63,214 nt of DNA, filler included, from Octopus bimaculoides (GCF_001194135.2; 4 parts of 4 records of this genome joined end to end with filler, not necessarily neighbours in it); one strand, 5' to 3'; counted from the whole stretch's first letter, positions 37,811 through 51,752 are shown. Notes: a model not told the origin generated them from the sequence alone. Program-made: numbers and translations.

Positions 37811-38821
37811 TCTAGAGTTGTTATATTATTAACTGACAAATTCAACCGCAAAGGTTGAAAGGAAAATTGTTAGTCTTTGGAGTTTGAAATAAGAGTTTAG
37901 TAACATTTCATGGTCGTGACAGCGAAACATGATGCATAATAGTTCTGTGAAACGTCAGTAACCATCGACTCTTCTGTCGATGATTTAACGTCGACAACAA
38001 TGACTAGAATCATGTATGCACGCGCGTGCGTGTGTGTGTGTGTGTGTGTGTTATTAAATGTTTTATGATGTCACGATTTAGTCATATTTGAAAAGAAAAT
38101 TTTCTTTTGGCGAACGTTCACACAACGACTTCGACCTAGTCTCTGTATGTGTGCATGCTTGCGCGTGTTGGTTTGTTTGTGTGTGTGTGTGTTTCTTTGT
38201 GTGTGTGTGTGTTTCTTTGTGTGTGTGTTTGAATGTGTACCTGTGTCGTGTGTGTTACGTCAAACTAGCTATGATATAGTCTTTACTATATCTTGAGCTA
38301 TCTTGAGTTCATATCCTACAACTATTTCTGCAACTTCAATAAATTCATGATGTTTGGTTTTAATTAACTATAAACTGGCATTGTGAGGGGGCAAGATGCC
38401 GGACGCTTAACTGAAAAAGCCACGGATATAACACCGAAAATATAACTGGGGAACAAACTTCTCCTTGCAGCTGGGCTCGTCGAAATTTCGTAAAAGTCCT
38501 CTCATAAAGCATTGAGTAAATGAATGCAGCTAGTATTATAACCAAGTAAGGTAAACATTAATGAAATAATTCTTAGCTTGGTAATAAACTTCTGGTGAAT
38601 AAACTTCTGATAGAAGGATGTGCAAGGGTATGGGGGTGAAACACTGTTACATGGAAGGAAAGTTCGAGCAAGGGGAGCACATGTAGGATAAGAGGTGATA
38701 GTTCAGGGAGAGAAGAAAATGAGAGAAGAATAAGAGATAATTGGAGAAAGAATAATTACAACATTGTTTGATGAGAGAAGGAAATCAGTAGGACACCTGA
38801 ATGGGTAAGAGGAATGCTAAG

Positions 38822-38859
<38 letters not shown>

Positions 38860-40691
38860 NNNNNNNNNNNNNNNNNNNNNNNNNNNNNNNNNNNNNNNNN
38901 NNNNNNNNNNNNNNNNNNNNNNNNNNNNNNNNNNNNNNNNNNNNNNNNNNNNNNNNNNNNNNNNNNNNNNNNNNNNNNNNNNNNNNNNNNNNNNNNNNNN
39001 NNNNNNNNNNNNNNNNNNNNNNNNNNNNNNNNNNNNNNNNNNNNNNNNNNNNNNNNNNNNNNNNNNNNNNNNNNNNNNNNNNNNNNNNNNNNNNNNNNNN
39101 NNNNNNNNNNNNNNNNNNNNNNNNNNNNNNNNNNNNNNNNNNNNNNNNATATATATATATTACAGCACATATAAAGTTCAATAACAGTAAGTATGACTTA
39201 TAGTCAAAGGGGGGTCTATGAAGAAAGTAATAAAGAGCAAGAAAGCACCAATGAAACTGAGACTTTGTTAAGCGGTATAGACAAAAGGGATAATGGTTTG
39301 GCGTATATCATAAAAGTAAATGAATATACAACGAATAAGAAAATATCGAACGAACAACAAACGATCATATAGAAATTACAACGGCCGAGGTAAACTGAAA
39401 AAAATATTGGATTGGAAAGTAAACAGGAAGTGAAGATAAATATAAAATATAAAAAGTGTAAGGGATAAATAAGCACTAAAATGTAAATAACACCCTTGAA
39501 ATTGTGAACATTGCAACAGAAAAAAAATGGCTACTATAGAGAAATGTAAATAGCCAATGAAATGGAACTAACCATAAGAGTGAATGTCAATAGGAAAAAA
39601 AATAAAGATTCTTATTAAACAAACTAGAAATATCAGGGAACAAAATGTAAACAATTAAATGAAAGAAAGTGAAGTAAATATAATAGAATACAATAAAAGA
39701 AAATGCAAGACGTTGACAGTAAGCCATTATAGAAAAGGGTGCGAAATGGAATAGAATATTAATAGTGTAAATCAAAGTAGAGTGACATATTTAGCAGTTT
39801 GTGATGAGCTTTTTCTGTTGAGAATTGGTGATTTGTTGGAGAAATAGCAATGCTACTTGCCTCAAAAACGCAATCACTTAGAGAACGTGCTGCGGAATAC
39901 TGATCAGTAATGGTAATGAAAAGACGGGAGTAAGTACTGGGTTATGGTGTAAATGGAAGCCGAGTAAGGAAAAGTAATTGGAATGCACGGAAATTGGAAA
40001 AAGGTGAAATGGAATAAAATAGATAAAGAATAGACATAAAAAGAAATTGAAAACAAATCGAAGACAGCCAAATTGAAAAAAAAAAAAAAAAAGAAGAAGA
40101 CCAAAATATATCTGAGAATGTGAAAGATTGGCTGTCTCGATCACAAATATGTTTGAGGATGTGAGAGATTGGCAGTCTAGATCACACAACTAAACACGAA
40201 TTCTTAAAACAGCAACAAACTTATAAAGTTCTCATGTACTTATTTATAGTAGTCCTTCGCTTTATACATTTGCTTGGCTCGACCACAAGTCACCGTGTAA
40301 ATCAGAATTGTGTAAAACGGAGACGTACATTTTTTTTGATGATATCAAAAGGATAACACAAACAAAATTTAAACAAATATTTATTGAAATAGTACAATTA
40401 GTAGGGTTATCGTGTGTGTATACATACGTACATACGTAAATATACATACATGCATATACATGTGTGTGTGTGTATTGATATATGGTTTCAAATTTTCGCA
40501 CAAGGCCAACAATTCTAGGATGAAGGCTTTAGTCGATTACATTGACTTCAGTGCACAATTGATATATATATATATATTTATTTATTTATTTATTTATCTA
40601 TCCATTTCAGTCAAGTGGCTGTGGTCATGCTTGAGCACCACCACTTTTGCCGAACCGCTAATTTACGGGGATGTAAACACACCAACATCGG

Positions 40692-40732
<41 letters not shown>

Positions 40733-41304
40733 GCTTATTAAATAATATGCGTTCTACCTTAGGCAAGTATCTTCTACCATCGCCTCGGGACGACCAAACC
40801 TTTGTGAGTGGATTTCGTAGGCGGAAACTGAAAGAATCCTGCCATGTGTGTATGTGTGTGTGCGTTTGCGTATGAGCGCGCATGTACGTGCGTGTGTTGT
40901 ACATATATAAACGGGTGCTGACACAGTATTGGGTTTTATCTTCTATACAAAATAAAAGACCGTTTTACGATTGTTTCCATAATATTACAACGCATTATAA
41001 TGCATATTTTAAAGCTGTTGCTTATTTTTATTATTCCTTCATTTTTTTTATATTGATAATTGTCGATGAAGTGGAACTAACAATAAGACTAAATGTCAAT
41101 AAGGAAAACAATGAAGTTTCTCGATAAACAACCTAGAAATATATTGATTATCATTTCTAAAATCGATTTTATTGACATTTGAAACTCAATTATTCAATTT
41201 CGAAAATATTCAATAAACTATTTAGAAAATTAATTCTAAATTAAGCGTTAGTTGATAGTGTGATCTTTTATCACTCTCAAAGAATTGAGGCCAAAAGTAT
41301 AATG

Positions 41305-41490
41305 GCTGCAGATTTTGGCACAAGGGCGGCAATTTTAAGGAAAAGGTTTACGTCAATTAATTTGGCACCAGTTTTCAGTTGATACTTATTCTATCGATTC
41401 CGAAAAAATGAAAAGCGAAGTTGACAGAATTTGAACTCAGAACGTAAAAACCGGAAGAAATGCCGCTAAGTATTTTACCCGACGCGTTAA
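41305..41490 (-). mobile_element. SINE (family B)
   Basis: Reverse complement of the family B consensus. Confidence 0.7.
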
Positions 41491-41559
41491 TGGCTAGTCT
41501 TCAGAGGGGAACGTAAAATGAAGAAAAATGAAAATGTGAAATGTTCACGACGAAGTGGT

Positions 41560-42060
41560 GATTCTGTACACACAGAGTTGAAGGAAAATACTCGAGAAAA
41601 ATCAAACCGCGTTAAGTGAAGCTTTGTAAACCGAGTGTCGTGCAGACTGAGGGTACATCTATCTTCGTTTATCACGGGTGTTTGGTTCCCCCAATTCTCC
41701 GAATTGAAAGATGAAAGCTTTGCTTTTACAGACGTCTGATACAAATGTCTTATGAAATAATTGCTAGATAGGTTTACGAGCAAAGCCAGCCGATAAGGAA
41801 CCAAGAGGCAAATCATGAAAAAGATGGTTGGATAACGTCCATGAGCGTTTGACAGGACTCGATGAAAAGCGTGCTTGAGGAGTCTGCCTCCACAACCCTC
41901 CCAGGAATAAGTGGACGAAGAAGATGAGACGAGATGAGATGAGGAAGAATGACAGTGCCCATGGTCAGTTTCAGAGAGTCTGAAGTTGGTGGATGAGAAA
42001 AAGAGAAGAAGATATCAAACCGGAGACCCGACTTGAATACTAAAAGCATCCGAGGTGCCA
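41560..42060 (-). mobile_element. Degenerate CR1-like LINE ORF2 fragment (linker between endonuclease and RT)
   Basis: ESCQTLMDVIQPS..ASWF and KAKLSSFNSENW..VINEDRCTL...FSRVFSFNS resemble the recalled CR1-clade GMExxIP..PWF and ..RDFW..VLN..FAxxFSxNS segments. Confidence 0.45.
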
Positions 42061-42913
42061 AGAAACGGGTTTATGCTATGGAAAAGAAGAGAACTCTAAC
42101 GTTTTGAACAGAACCCTTTGTCACCGAATGAAATTTTAACATCGTATATAAGTGTTTATAGTAGTTCGATAACTTTCACTTCTAGTTTCACTTTCATACC
42201 ACCCCTCACACTTTTCCTCCATTTCTACTATTACTGAGATATCCTTCCAAATTATTAAATTGGCTAAGTTTCTAAACTAAGGCTAAACTCCAATTTTCTT
42301 AGATACCTTCAAGTAGGATCATAATTTAGTATTGTTTGGACACTAGTTATCAGAACAGCAGTAAATATTTTCATACTTTTCTGAAAATAGCTAATACAAC
42401 GATATTTCATAATGAACATTATTTCCTTTTCACACAAACTGTCATACAAATGAAGATTTAGTGTTTCAGACAGAAACAGCATCAAAGGAGTATTCTAGAT
42501 TGTCAGATTGAATTAATGAGTTGTCAGTCGTTGACAAGAAGTGTGAAGAGTGTTCTAACAAAGACAATCACAGACAAATGATGAAGTAATAAATATACGA
42601 TAACCTGATAGGATAGGGGGGATTAGAGTTCTTTTAGAGAGAAATATCACAGTTACAGAAGTTGCTAAGTTTAGAAAAAGATTGGTTATCGATGTTTTTC
42701 ACAACGGAGAAATGTTTTGCTCTCATCAACTAAAATATTCTCTCAGAACTACAGCGATGATAGTAATTTGGCTTTACTCAAGAAATATTTTTAAAGAATT
42801 CATCTTAACTTGTATTCAGCTAAAAGTATACTGCCAGAGCAAAGATCTGACATACATTCACACAAACACACACACATATATACATATACGTATGTGTGTG
42901 TATGTTTATATAT

Positions 42914-43170
42914 GTGGCTTAGTGGTTAGGGCATTCGGCTCCCGATCGTAGGATCGTGAGTTCGATTCATGGCAACAGGTTATGTCCTTGAACAAGACAT
43001 TTTATTTCACGTTGTTCCAGTCCACTCAGCTGGCAAAAATGAGTTGTACCTGTGTTTCAAAAGGCCGACCTCGTCACATTCTGTGTCATGTTGAATTTTC
43101 CTGAGAACTACGTTAAGGGTACATGTGTCTGTGGAGTACTCAGCCACTTGCACGTTAATTTCACGAGAGG
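42914..43170 (+). mobile_element. SINE (family C), long copy
   Basis: GTGGCTTAGTGGTTAGG...GAGTTCGATTC...GTCCTTGAACAAGACA...CCACTCAGCTGGCAAAAATGAG. Confidence 0.75.
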
Positions 43171-43176
43171 GTAAGT

Positions 43177-43571
43177 TACTTAGATCATCCAAAGTGCTCA
43201 ACTGGTACTTATTTTATCAGCTCTAAAAGGATAAATGATAAAGTCGACCTTCGTGAAATTAGAACTCAGAACGAGAAAACGAACGAAATGCCGCTAAGTA
43301 TTTTGCCGGCGTGCTAACGATTCTACCAGCCTGCTGCCTTAAGAAGACGTGATATTGATTTAAAATTTTGGTACGTGGCCAGCAATTTCGGGGGCTGGGG
43401 TGGGGTAAGTCACTTAGACCAAAGTGCTCAACTGGTACTTATTTTATCGACCCTGAAAGGACGAACGGCAAAGTCAACTTCGATGGAATTTGAACTCAGG
43501 ACGTGAAGACGGACGAAATGCCGCTATGCATTTCGCCAGGCGTGCCAACAATTCTGCCAGCTCACCGCCTT
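43177..43571 (-). mobile_element. Two tandem SINEs (family B)
   Basis: Copies at about 43177-43342 and 43356-43571. Confidence 0.8.
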
Positions 43572-44224
43572 AAGAGGACTTAATGTTGAATATTTAAGAA
43601 TTGTGTCAAACATTTTCTACAGCAAATAATTTGTAAACCATTGCAATGTTAGTCTGAAAGTATTAAACAACAAACGTTATGGCCGATAAGAATACTTACA
43701 CAAGAAATTTCAATTTTCCGAACTAAAAACAAAAGAAAATATTAAAAATATGCTTCACGTTTATTTATAGGCAACAATAATTGTTTTCATCTTCTGAGCA
43801 AAAGTAGTAAAACTGAGAAGCAACTTGACATTTATTTTACTGTTGATGGATATAAATTTAACCAACATAGGTGAAAAATGTCTGTCGTCTGCTTTAAACT
43901 AATGTGAATTTGTATTCAATAAATAATCAACGGAGGCAAAAACAAAAAACGTTGTACGACCTATAAATCATATAAAATTTCTTTGGTTTAGTTTTCTTCG
44001 CTTTTTATCGTCTGCTTCACTTATGAGCTTGCTGCGTTTGCTTTTAGATAGTTTCAACTACTGATTCAAGCTGGCGAATTTTTGAATTTGTTGTAAATGA
44101 ATGGTATGAAGGAGCAACACATAAAATATGCACATAAAGAAATATGTGCACACAGTTGTCATAAATACTCGCTTGTATTCGGTTATACTATATAAATGGA
44201 ACACACAAACACCGAAAATATAAC

Positions 44225-44530
44225 ACACATTACGTAGCTTCGACAAATGTTTTCCACTCCAACCTCAAGACTACTAATGCCTTGTGAGAGAATTTGATAG
44301 ACAGAAAGTATAGCAAAGCCCATGGTATACATAAGTGTTAGTGTGCGTGTGTGTGTATGTCTTTGTGTTTTCTCCAACCCCACCGCATGACAACTGGTTT
44401 TAGTTTGTTTACGTTCCTGGAACGTAGCGGTTCGGCAAAAATGTCGGATAGAATAAGTGGCAAACTTTAGAAAAATAAGTGCTTGGTGGAGTGGAGGTCA
44501 ATGAGATCGACTCAAAGAATCCTTCAATAA
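44225..44530 (+). mobile_element. SINE (family A), diverged
   Basis: GCCTTGTGAG...GAAAG..AAGCCC, (TG)n, ACAACTGG..TGTTTACGT...GCGGTTCGGCAAAA. Confidence 0.65.
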
Positions 44531-44639
44531 CTGCAACATGTTAATGAATAAACGAATGAAGGAACATATGCATGCGCAAACGTACACAGATTTACTTAGA
44601 TGCATGCACACATATATGCATATACATACATTTTTTTTA

Positions 44640-45114
44640 ATTGTTTCAGTCATTTGACTGTGGCCATGCTGGAGCACCGCCTTTAGTCGAGTAAATCGAC
44701 CCCAGGACTTATTCTTTGTAAGCCTAGTACTTATTCTATCGGTCTCTTTAGCCGAACCGCTAGATTACGGGGACGTAAACACACCAGCATCGGTTGTCAA
44801 GCGATGTTNNNNNNNNNNTCTATCGGTCTCTTTAGCCGAACCGCTAGATTACGGGGACGTAAACACACCAGCATCGGTTGTCAAGCGATGTGGGGGGGGG
44901 GGACAAACACAGACACACAAACATATATACACACACATACATATATATATATATACATATATACGACGGGCTTCTTTCAGTTTCCGTCTACCAAATCCAC
45001 TCACAAGGCTTTGGTTGGCCCGAGGCTATAGTAGAAGACACCTGCCCAAGGTGCCACACAGTGGTACTGAACCCGGAGCCATGTGGTTGATAAGCAAGCT
45101 ACTTACCACACAGC
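44640..45114 (-). mobile_element. SINE (family A), full length, spanning a 10-N gap
   Basis: Reverse complement of 28866-29168 plus the tail. Confidence 0.85.
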
Positions 45115-46651
45115 GTAAAAAATGTATGTATGTATGTATGTATGTATGTATGTATGCTAAATAAGGCACTCATCTTTCTGAGGGAAAACTCTTGACTAAG
45201 AATGGAATTGACATTATACTAGAAGCTAAGGAAACACTCTTCGAATAGGTGCTCAGTTGTTACGGACAAAACAGTTTACCATTATTTAGGCCGTTTCGCA
45301 ATAACCTTCAAGCCTCGATATTATAATCACGTCTCATCATTAAAACATAGGGATAACGAAAGATCGACCTCATTAAACAAACTTATATGAGAACTTAAAG
45401 ATAACAAAACAAAGTATAATAAATATTAAGTGGTCAATAATGAGCAGTGCACCTCCTTACAACGTAAGGGAAAATGAGACGTGAACTTTCCCCTAAAAGA
45501 GTCATTGTTAATACGTCAGAGTATAACATCCTGAATATGAGGCAGGAGCTAGCTGCAAGATGTAAACAATTTTACAACAAGACCTTTAGATCATTCCCAC
45601 TATAATTAATCATGTGAACAAATGGATATGATAACATCTGCACACCTTCCTAGTCCAATAGTTGAGAGATAATGCATATTTAAATTAAATGCTAATTATC
45701 AATTTCCTTAATTGTTTGAACTATAGATTTCCTTTCCTAGTCCCTTCTCGCTATTTATTTGATGATAAGGAGATATCCGTTTTACTTCTTGTTTTTTTTT
45801 CTATTTTTCATATATCTATTCCCTTATTTTCGAATTTCTATTTTCATTTTTATTCTTGTTGCTTTGTTTCGCTTTGTTTTTATTTGATTTTGTCTTTGGG
45901 TTTATCTTCTTCATTTAACACTTGTGTAATTTACTCTACTACCCTATTTAAGAATCATATCTTAACCTTCTTATTGCAGCTGTACCAATGATACCTTGCC
46001 CTATAATTTAGGATTACATATAGTCTTAAACTTACTGATACTTTACCTGTTATAGTTTATTTATTTATTTATTTATTTATCTATAATTCCTGATTACTTG
46101 TTCTAAGTATTTCTGTTAACTGTTTTGTATTTATATTAATTCCTGGTAATTAATTGGATGGTAATACTTCAGTTTCAAAATAATTAGCAATACCATGGCT
46201 GCATTTTGGTTTGCATATTTGCAAATACTTACCCCTCGTAATTTTTACAAAAATATAGGAGCCAAAAGCCTTCCACTAACCATAAAGGGGTTGTAGGATG
46301 TCAAATTTCTTTGCTGGGTGTCAATATAATTCGCCCGTGATAAAAGAGAACAATAGCTTAAGGTTAGTGGTTAGAAACGGTTCTGTATAAATGCCACACT
46401 GACCATCCTCTTCTTTTGTTTTCTTCTTTTTCTTTGTTTTGGCTCTGACGAAGATATGATGAAGACGGCTACCTATGATTTCAGTCGACCGATCGATAGA
46501 TTGATAAAATTGAACCATGAACGTACCCAAATACATATCTGAAACAGTTGTAAGCCTATAATAAATAAATGTCTATAACCCATTATTTTTGTCTGTTATA
46601 CATACATACATACATACATACATACATACATACATACATACATGGCTTTAA

Positions 46652-46810
46652 GAGGCCCAAAATTCCGACTTCTTTTACAGGGCTTAGAAAAACTGAAGTA
46701 CCGCTGCAATAAGTGTGTAAATCTGAGAGGGGAATATGTTGAATAAAATCATAATTAACTAATCCTCCTGTATTTTCTTTTACCCAAAGCCAGGCACTTT
46801 GCAGCCCTCC
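46652..46810 (+). mobile_element. mariner transposase C-terminus and probable 3' end
   Basis: EAQNSDFF[fs]LQGLEKLKYRCNKCVNLRGEYVE* (stop 46744-46746) matches the mariner GxxKL..R..KC...GxYVE terminus. A TIR-like GCCAGGCACTTTGCAGCCC follows. Confidence 0.7.
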
Positions 46811-47139
46811 ACCCCACCCCATCCATATACATATATATATATATCCCCCACCTCACCCCATATACATATTCATACATCTCATTCTCCGGGAGTTGGAAAT
46901 TATGTCACTACATATCTTCATGTTTGTTTTTGCATGGCCTTCATTTGTTGTCGGCTGATGCTGACAAACTTTAGTGTAGGAATTTCTAGCACCTGGATTG
47001 CATGGAGATAATATCTAAGGTGAGATCCTATAAATATGTCGACGCAACTTTCTGAATGAATACATACAGCATACATACATACGTACATGCCTACATACAT
47101 ACTTACATACATATATGCATATAATGTTATATTTGTATA

Positions 47140-47520
47140 CATATGCGTATGTTTAGATATACATGTGTGTGTAGATACATACATAAGTATACACATATTT
47201 ATATCTATCACACACACATACACATACATATATGTGTGTGTGTACATATACGTGTGTGTAGATATGTACATAAGTATACATATGTTTATATCTATCACAC
47301 ACACACACACACACATATGCATATACATGTGTGTGTATACACATATATGTGTGTGTAGATATATGCATAAGTATACACATATTTATATCTATCACACACA
47401 CACACGCACATATACATATATATGTGTGTGTGTATACATATACATGTGTGTGTAGATTTATACATAAGTATACACATATTTATATCTATCACACACACAC
47501 AAACATTGTGTGTGTGTGAT
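47140..47520. repeat. ~87-97-bp microsatellite-derived tandem repeat, 4 units
   Basis: CATAAGTATACAYAT.TTTATATCTATCACAC repeated four times. Confidence 0.85.
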
Positions 47521-48039
47521 AGATACGTACATACATACATACATACATACATACATACATACATACATACATACATACATACATACATACATACATACAT
47601 ACATACGTGGTGAGGGGAAATTCGCTAATGTTCCTTGGAGAGGTTGGTGTCAGATTTTATTTCATGTCTCTCCTGAAATTTATTAGTTATCCTAATAATT
47701 TTATCACTTTCATGATCGTAAACTTCTTCAAAATAGTGTTAAGCACTTTCTCTACTGGAGATGTCACTTCTGTGTTACATGTTGGGTTTCATATGATATT
47801 ACAGCAGATTTAAATCCCCGGCAACCTTCCTTGCGAGGGAAGTATAATCTGACTACATTGATGTTAACATTTCCATTAACACTGATATATAACACTTTCC
47901 GTGGCTATGAATCCATTTTTCTAAGTTTTTATAGTGTCCAGTTCAGAAGGCTGAATATAAGATTTAGGATATGCACAGTGCAAAAGTCCTGTGTTTGCAC
48001 ACGATAGCGATATGATTGTTATATATTAAGAATTGTGAT

Positions 48040-48690
48040 GACCAAGTACTACTGCAGTGTACAGCGATATTTGTTCGGTGGTCAGAGTTAATGGTTACGT
48101 GTCGGAACCATTCGTTGTCATGCGTTCGGTCGTCAAGAATGCCACATCTCTTCCTTTTTTGTACGTGCTGACTTTACAGCCACTGAAGCAGAAATTGGAG
48201 GTTTCGAGAAACATTCCACAAGAACAAGGATGCAGAAGACCCGTGTTTGCGTATGCGGCTGACGTCATCGTAATAGTGTCGGTTGGCACCGCTCTAAGAG
48301 AATACGAGACAACGATAGGGGTAAAAATTAACCAGAAGTCGTCGAGCCTGCAATTCAGCATATGGAGAGATCCATGTCGTCCAACATCGTCGTGGGGCGC
48401 TAGACGGGTGGACTGTTTGATTTGGTCCAGATTTCCAGATTGACAAGAACTGTAATAAAGTGACGAGCAAGATGGCTAGTCTCACCCAGAAATGGGCCAC
48501 ACGAAACTCTCTGTGTAGGACCAAGCGGAGATGGCGAATGTCTACATCGTATCCGTCATCTAACACCATCTGAGTGTCGTGCTTTGCCTCGCTTCAGAGC
48601 TGACCAGAATGAGGCACTTGCTCTTCTATTTTCTGTTGAGCGGACGCGTTCCATTGGTCAGATGGTCCATTTACTGTAAACATCCACTGC
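48040..48690 (+). mobile_element. Tx1/L1-clade RT fragment (domains 4-5), inactivated
   Basis: VVRVNGYVSEPF..RSV....SLPFLYVLTLQPL..KLE...FAYAADVIVIVS: YADD is changed to YAAD and the QGCPLS motif is eroded. Confidence 0.75.
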
Positions 48691-48821
48691 GTGGTGGACA
48701 AGGCATGCCGTAGCAAACGATGCGCAGACATGCACCGAGGTTACGATATCTCCAGCATTTTCTTGACAAGTGGTGGTGGTGGTGGTGGCGGTGGCGATGG
48801 CGGTGGTCTACAACAATTCTG

Positions 48822-48978
48822 GACATTATTTACATTATTTACAATTGACGGATACTTGCCCTCATCTTGTTTGTTGTTAACACAACGTTTCGGCTGATAA
48901 CACAACGTTCCAGCCTTCATCAGGTGTCTTGGGGAAATTTCGAACCTGGGTTCTCATTCCTAAGGTATTTTTCGATGT
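48822..48978 (-). mobile_element. Penelope-like LTR-type fragment carrying a hammerhead motif (second family)
   Basis: Contains the hammerhead at 48879-48928; bounded by (GTT)n and a gap. Confidence 0.6.
48879..48928 (-). ncRNA. Minimal type I hammerhead ribozyme motif with an intact core
   Basis: Minus strand GACAC-CUGAUGA-A-GGCUG-(14 nt)-CAGCC-GAAAC-GUU-GUGUU: helix I 5 bp, helix II 5 bp, palindromic ACGU helix III. Confidence 0.75.
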
Positions 48979-49429
48979 TGTTGTTGTTGTTGTTGTTGTT
49001 GCTGTTGTTGTTGTTGTTGTTGTTATTATNNNNNNNNNNNNNNNNNNNNNNNNNNNNNNNNNNNNNNNNNNNNTTAATTAATTAANNNNNNNNNNNNNNN
49101 NNNNNNNNNNNNNNNNNNNNNNNNNNNNNATATATACATACACTTACGTATGCATAAGTAAGTGCATATAAATAAATATATACACAATTACATATATGTA
49201 CGTATATTGAAATATACGTACTTATAAACATAAATATGTATAGATATATGACCATGTATGTGTATATGTATTTTTATATATGCATATATATGTATATATA
49301 TATATATGCGTGCGTCTGTGTTTATATATGTGTGTGTGTATATATGTGTGTATGTGTGTGTGTGTGCACGCATGCATATACGAGAATATATAAGTATATA
49401 TAAGTCTGTATATAGTCATGTATGCTCTC

Positions 49430-49460
<31 letters not shown>

Positions 49461-49589
49461 TTCAGGACTTCATGGTGATTTATGTTTATGATCAGCTGTT
49501 CGATCATTTGAATCCTTGATCATTGAAGCACGCCTTGGTTTATTGCTCATTGATGTCCTCCCTGTTTAACAGTCATATTTTGACAACTA

Positions 49590-49637
49590 TATTGAATATA
49601 GATAGTTAGATAGATAGATAGATAGATAGATAGATGA

Positions 49638-49695
<58 letters not shown>

Positions 49696-49697
49696 GA

Positions 49698-49729
<32 letters not shown>

Positions 49730-49950
49730 ATGAATAAACAGATAGATAGACAAACAGATGAATAAATAGCTAGCTAGATAAATATATGAATAGAAAGATT
49801 GATAGATATATGAATAGATAGATAAATAGCTAACTAGCTGACTAGGTAGATAGATAAATACATAGACAGATAGATAGATGAATAAATGGATAGATAGATA
49901 AATAGCTAACTAGTTAGCTAGCTAGCTAGCTAGATAGATAGATAGAAAGA
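49590..49950. repeat. (GATA)n-derived microsatellite
   Basis: Direct reading. Confidence 0.9.
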
Positions 49951-51164
49951 GTAGAGAGAGAGTATTGCTGATTCCATCTTTGCTTCCATACTTTGATTTG
50001 GAAGGAGAATTCTTCGGATATGTTCAAAGGAGAAATGAATATTCTGGAATGAACTAGAAATATTGTGATGGAGTAAATATAAATAATTTACAACTAGCGT
50101 CCATGTGTGATAAAGTTATGTCAGTTATGTATCTGTAAATTGTGTCAATCATTGGCAATGGACTACGGCCATGCTGGAGCACAGCCGTGAAGGGTTTAAT
50201 CGAAAAAACGACAACAGCAATTATTGTTTTTTAAAGCCTGGAACTTATTCTGTCTTTCTATTTTACCGAAGAGCTAAGTTGAGAGGACATAAACAAACCG
50301 ATACCGGTTGTGAAGTAGTGATAAGACGCCCGCGCACGCACACACACACACACACAAAGCCAGATATAATTTTTGAAGCTCTGATGAAGCTATGGGGTGA
50401 TACGCAACCACTTAACTATGAGTGGGTTACATCTTGCCGCAGAAACAGCTTGTCCTTTCGTACGAAATCCATTTTCCGTTTCATATCGAAGAGAATGGAA
50501 ATTAATAAACGTTTTCATTTTTCAGTGGTCTAGCGTATAAAAATTCATGTGTTTATACACTATATCTTATGATATATATGTATANNNNNNNNNNNNNNNN
50601 NNNNNNNNNNNNNNNNNNNNNNNNNNNNNNNNNNNNNNNNNNNNNNNNNNNNNNNNNNNNNNNNNNNNNNNNNNNNNNNNNNNNNNNNNNNNNNNNNNNN
50701 NNNNNNNNNNNNNNNNNNNNNNNNNNNNNNNNNNNNNNNNNNNNNNNNNNNNNNNNNNNNNNNNNNNNNNNNNNATATATATATGCATATATATATATAA
50801 AATCAAGATTTACTTTTCGCAATGAGATAGAACACCAAGGCTGTGTAGATTTTAGAACATTTATAAATAGGTCTTACAGCTGTTTCCAGGATATTTATTA
50901 TATCCCTTCATCGGAGACAGTGTGACACACATGTATGTATTTATATATATATGTGTATCTTTTATCTTTTCATCTTTTACGCCACTGGACTGCAGCTATG
51001 CTGGGGCGCAACCTTGATGGACTTTGTCGAACTAATCAAGCCTAATACATATTTATAAGCCAGGCACATTTCTATACTTTATTGCTAGGACGTAAACAAT
51101 TTAGAAGCGATTGTGAGGATTAAATATATGCGCAAAGGCACACACAAGCATATGAGGGCATTCT

Positions 51165-51305
51165 TTCATTTTCCTTCTATCAAATCCACTCACAACGCTT
51201 TGGTCACCTTACTGTCATGGTAGAAGACGCCTAAGGTGCCTTGCAGTGTGACTGAACTCGGAACCATGTGGCTGGGAAGCAAACACCTTACCACACAGCC
51301 ACACA
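51165..51305 (-). mobile_element. SINE (family A), 5' part
   Basis: CAAATCCACTCACAA.GCTTTGGT...CCATGTGG...ACCACACAGCC. Confidence 0.7.
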
Positions 51306-51674
51306 TAAGCATAAAAACATAAACCCAACCAGTCAGCTGATAGTGATAACCTCTGGTTTAGAAATTCAATACACAACAGCACACGCTCTATATATCTTAT
51401 TGACGCATTGAGTGCTTGTATCTGTGTGCAAGCCTTCTCCTTAGAAACATACCCATGCAAATTGCATACGTACATATGTGTGTGTGTGTGTGTGTGTGTA
51501 TTGTGTCTCTGTGCGTGTATCTAAGTGTGTGAATATGTGAATATATAAATACAAATACACACAGACGCACACATATATAAGTCTAAACGTATGCACACAC
51601 ACACACATACACATAAACTCATGTCTAACTATTTCTCTCACTACACACATACACGCACACAGACAATTAATCCT

Positions 51675-51752
<78 letters not shown>

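Noticed and set aside
44735-44890. ~72-bp direct duplication within a SINE
   Set aside because: The copies flank a 10-N gap; most likely unmerged overlapping contig ends.
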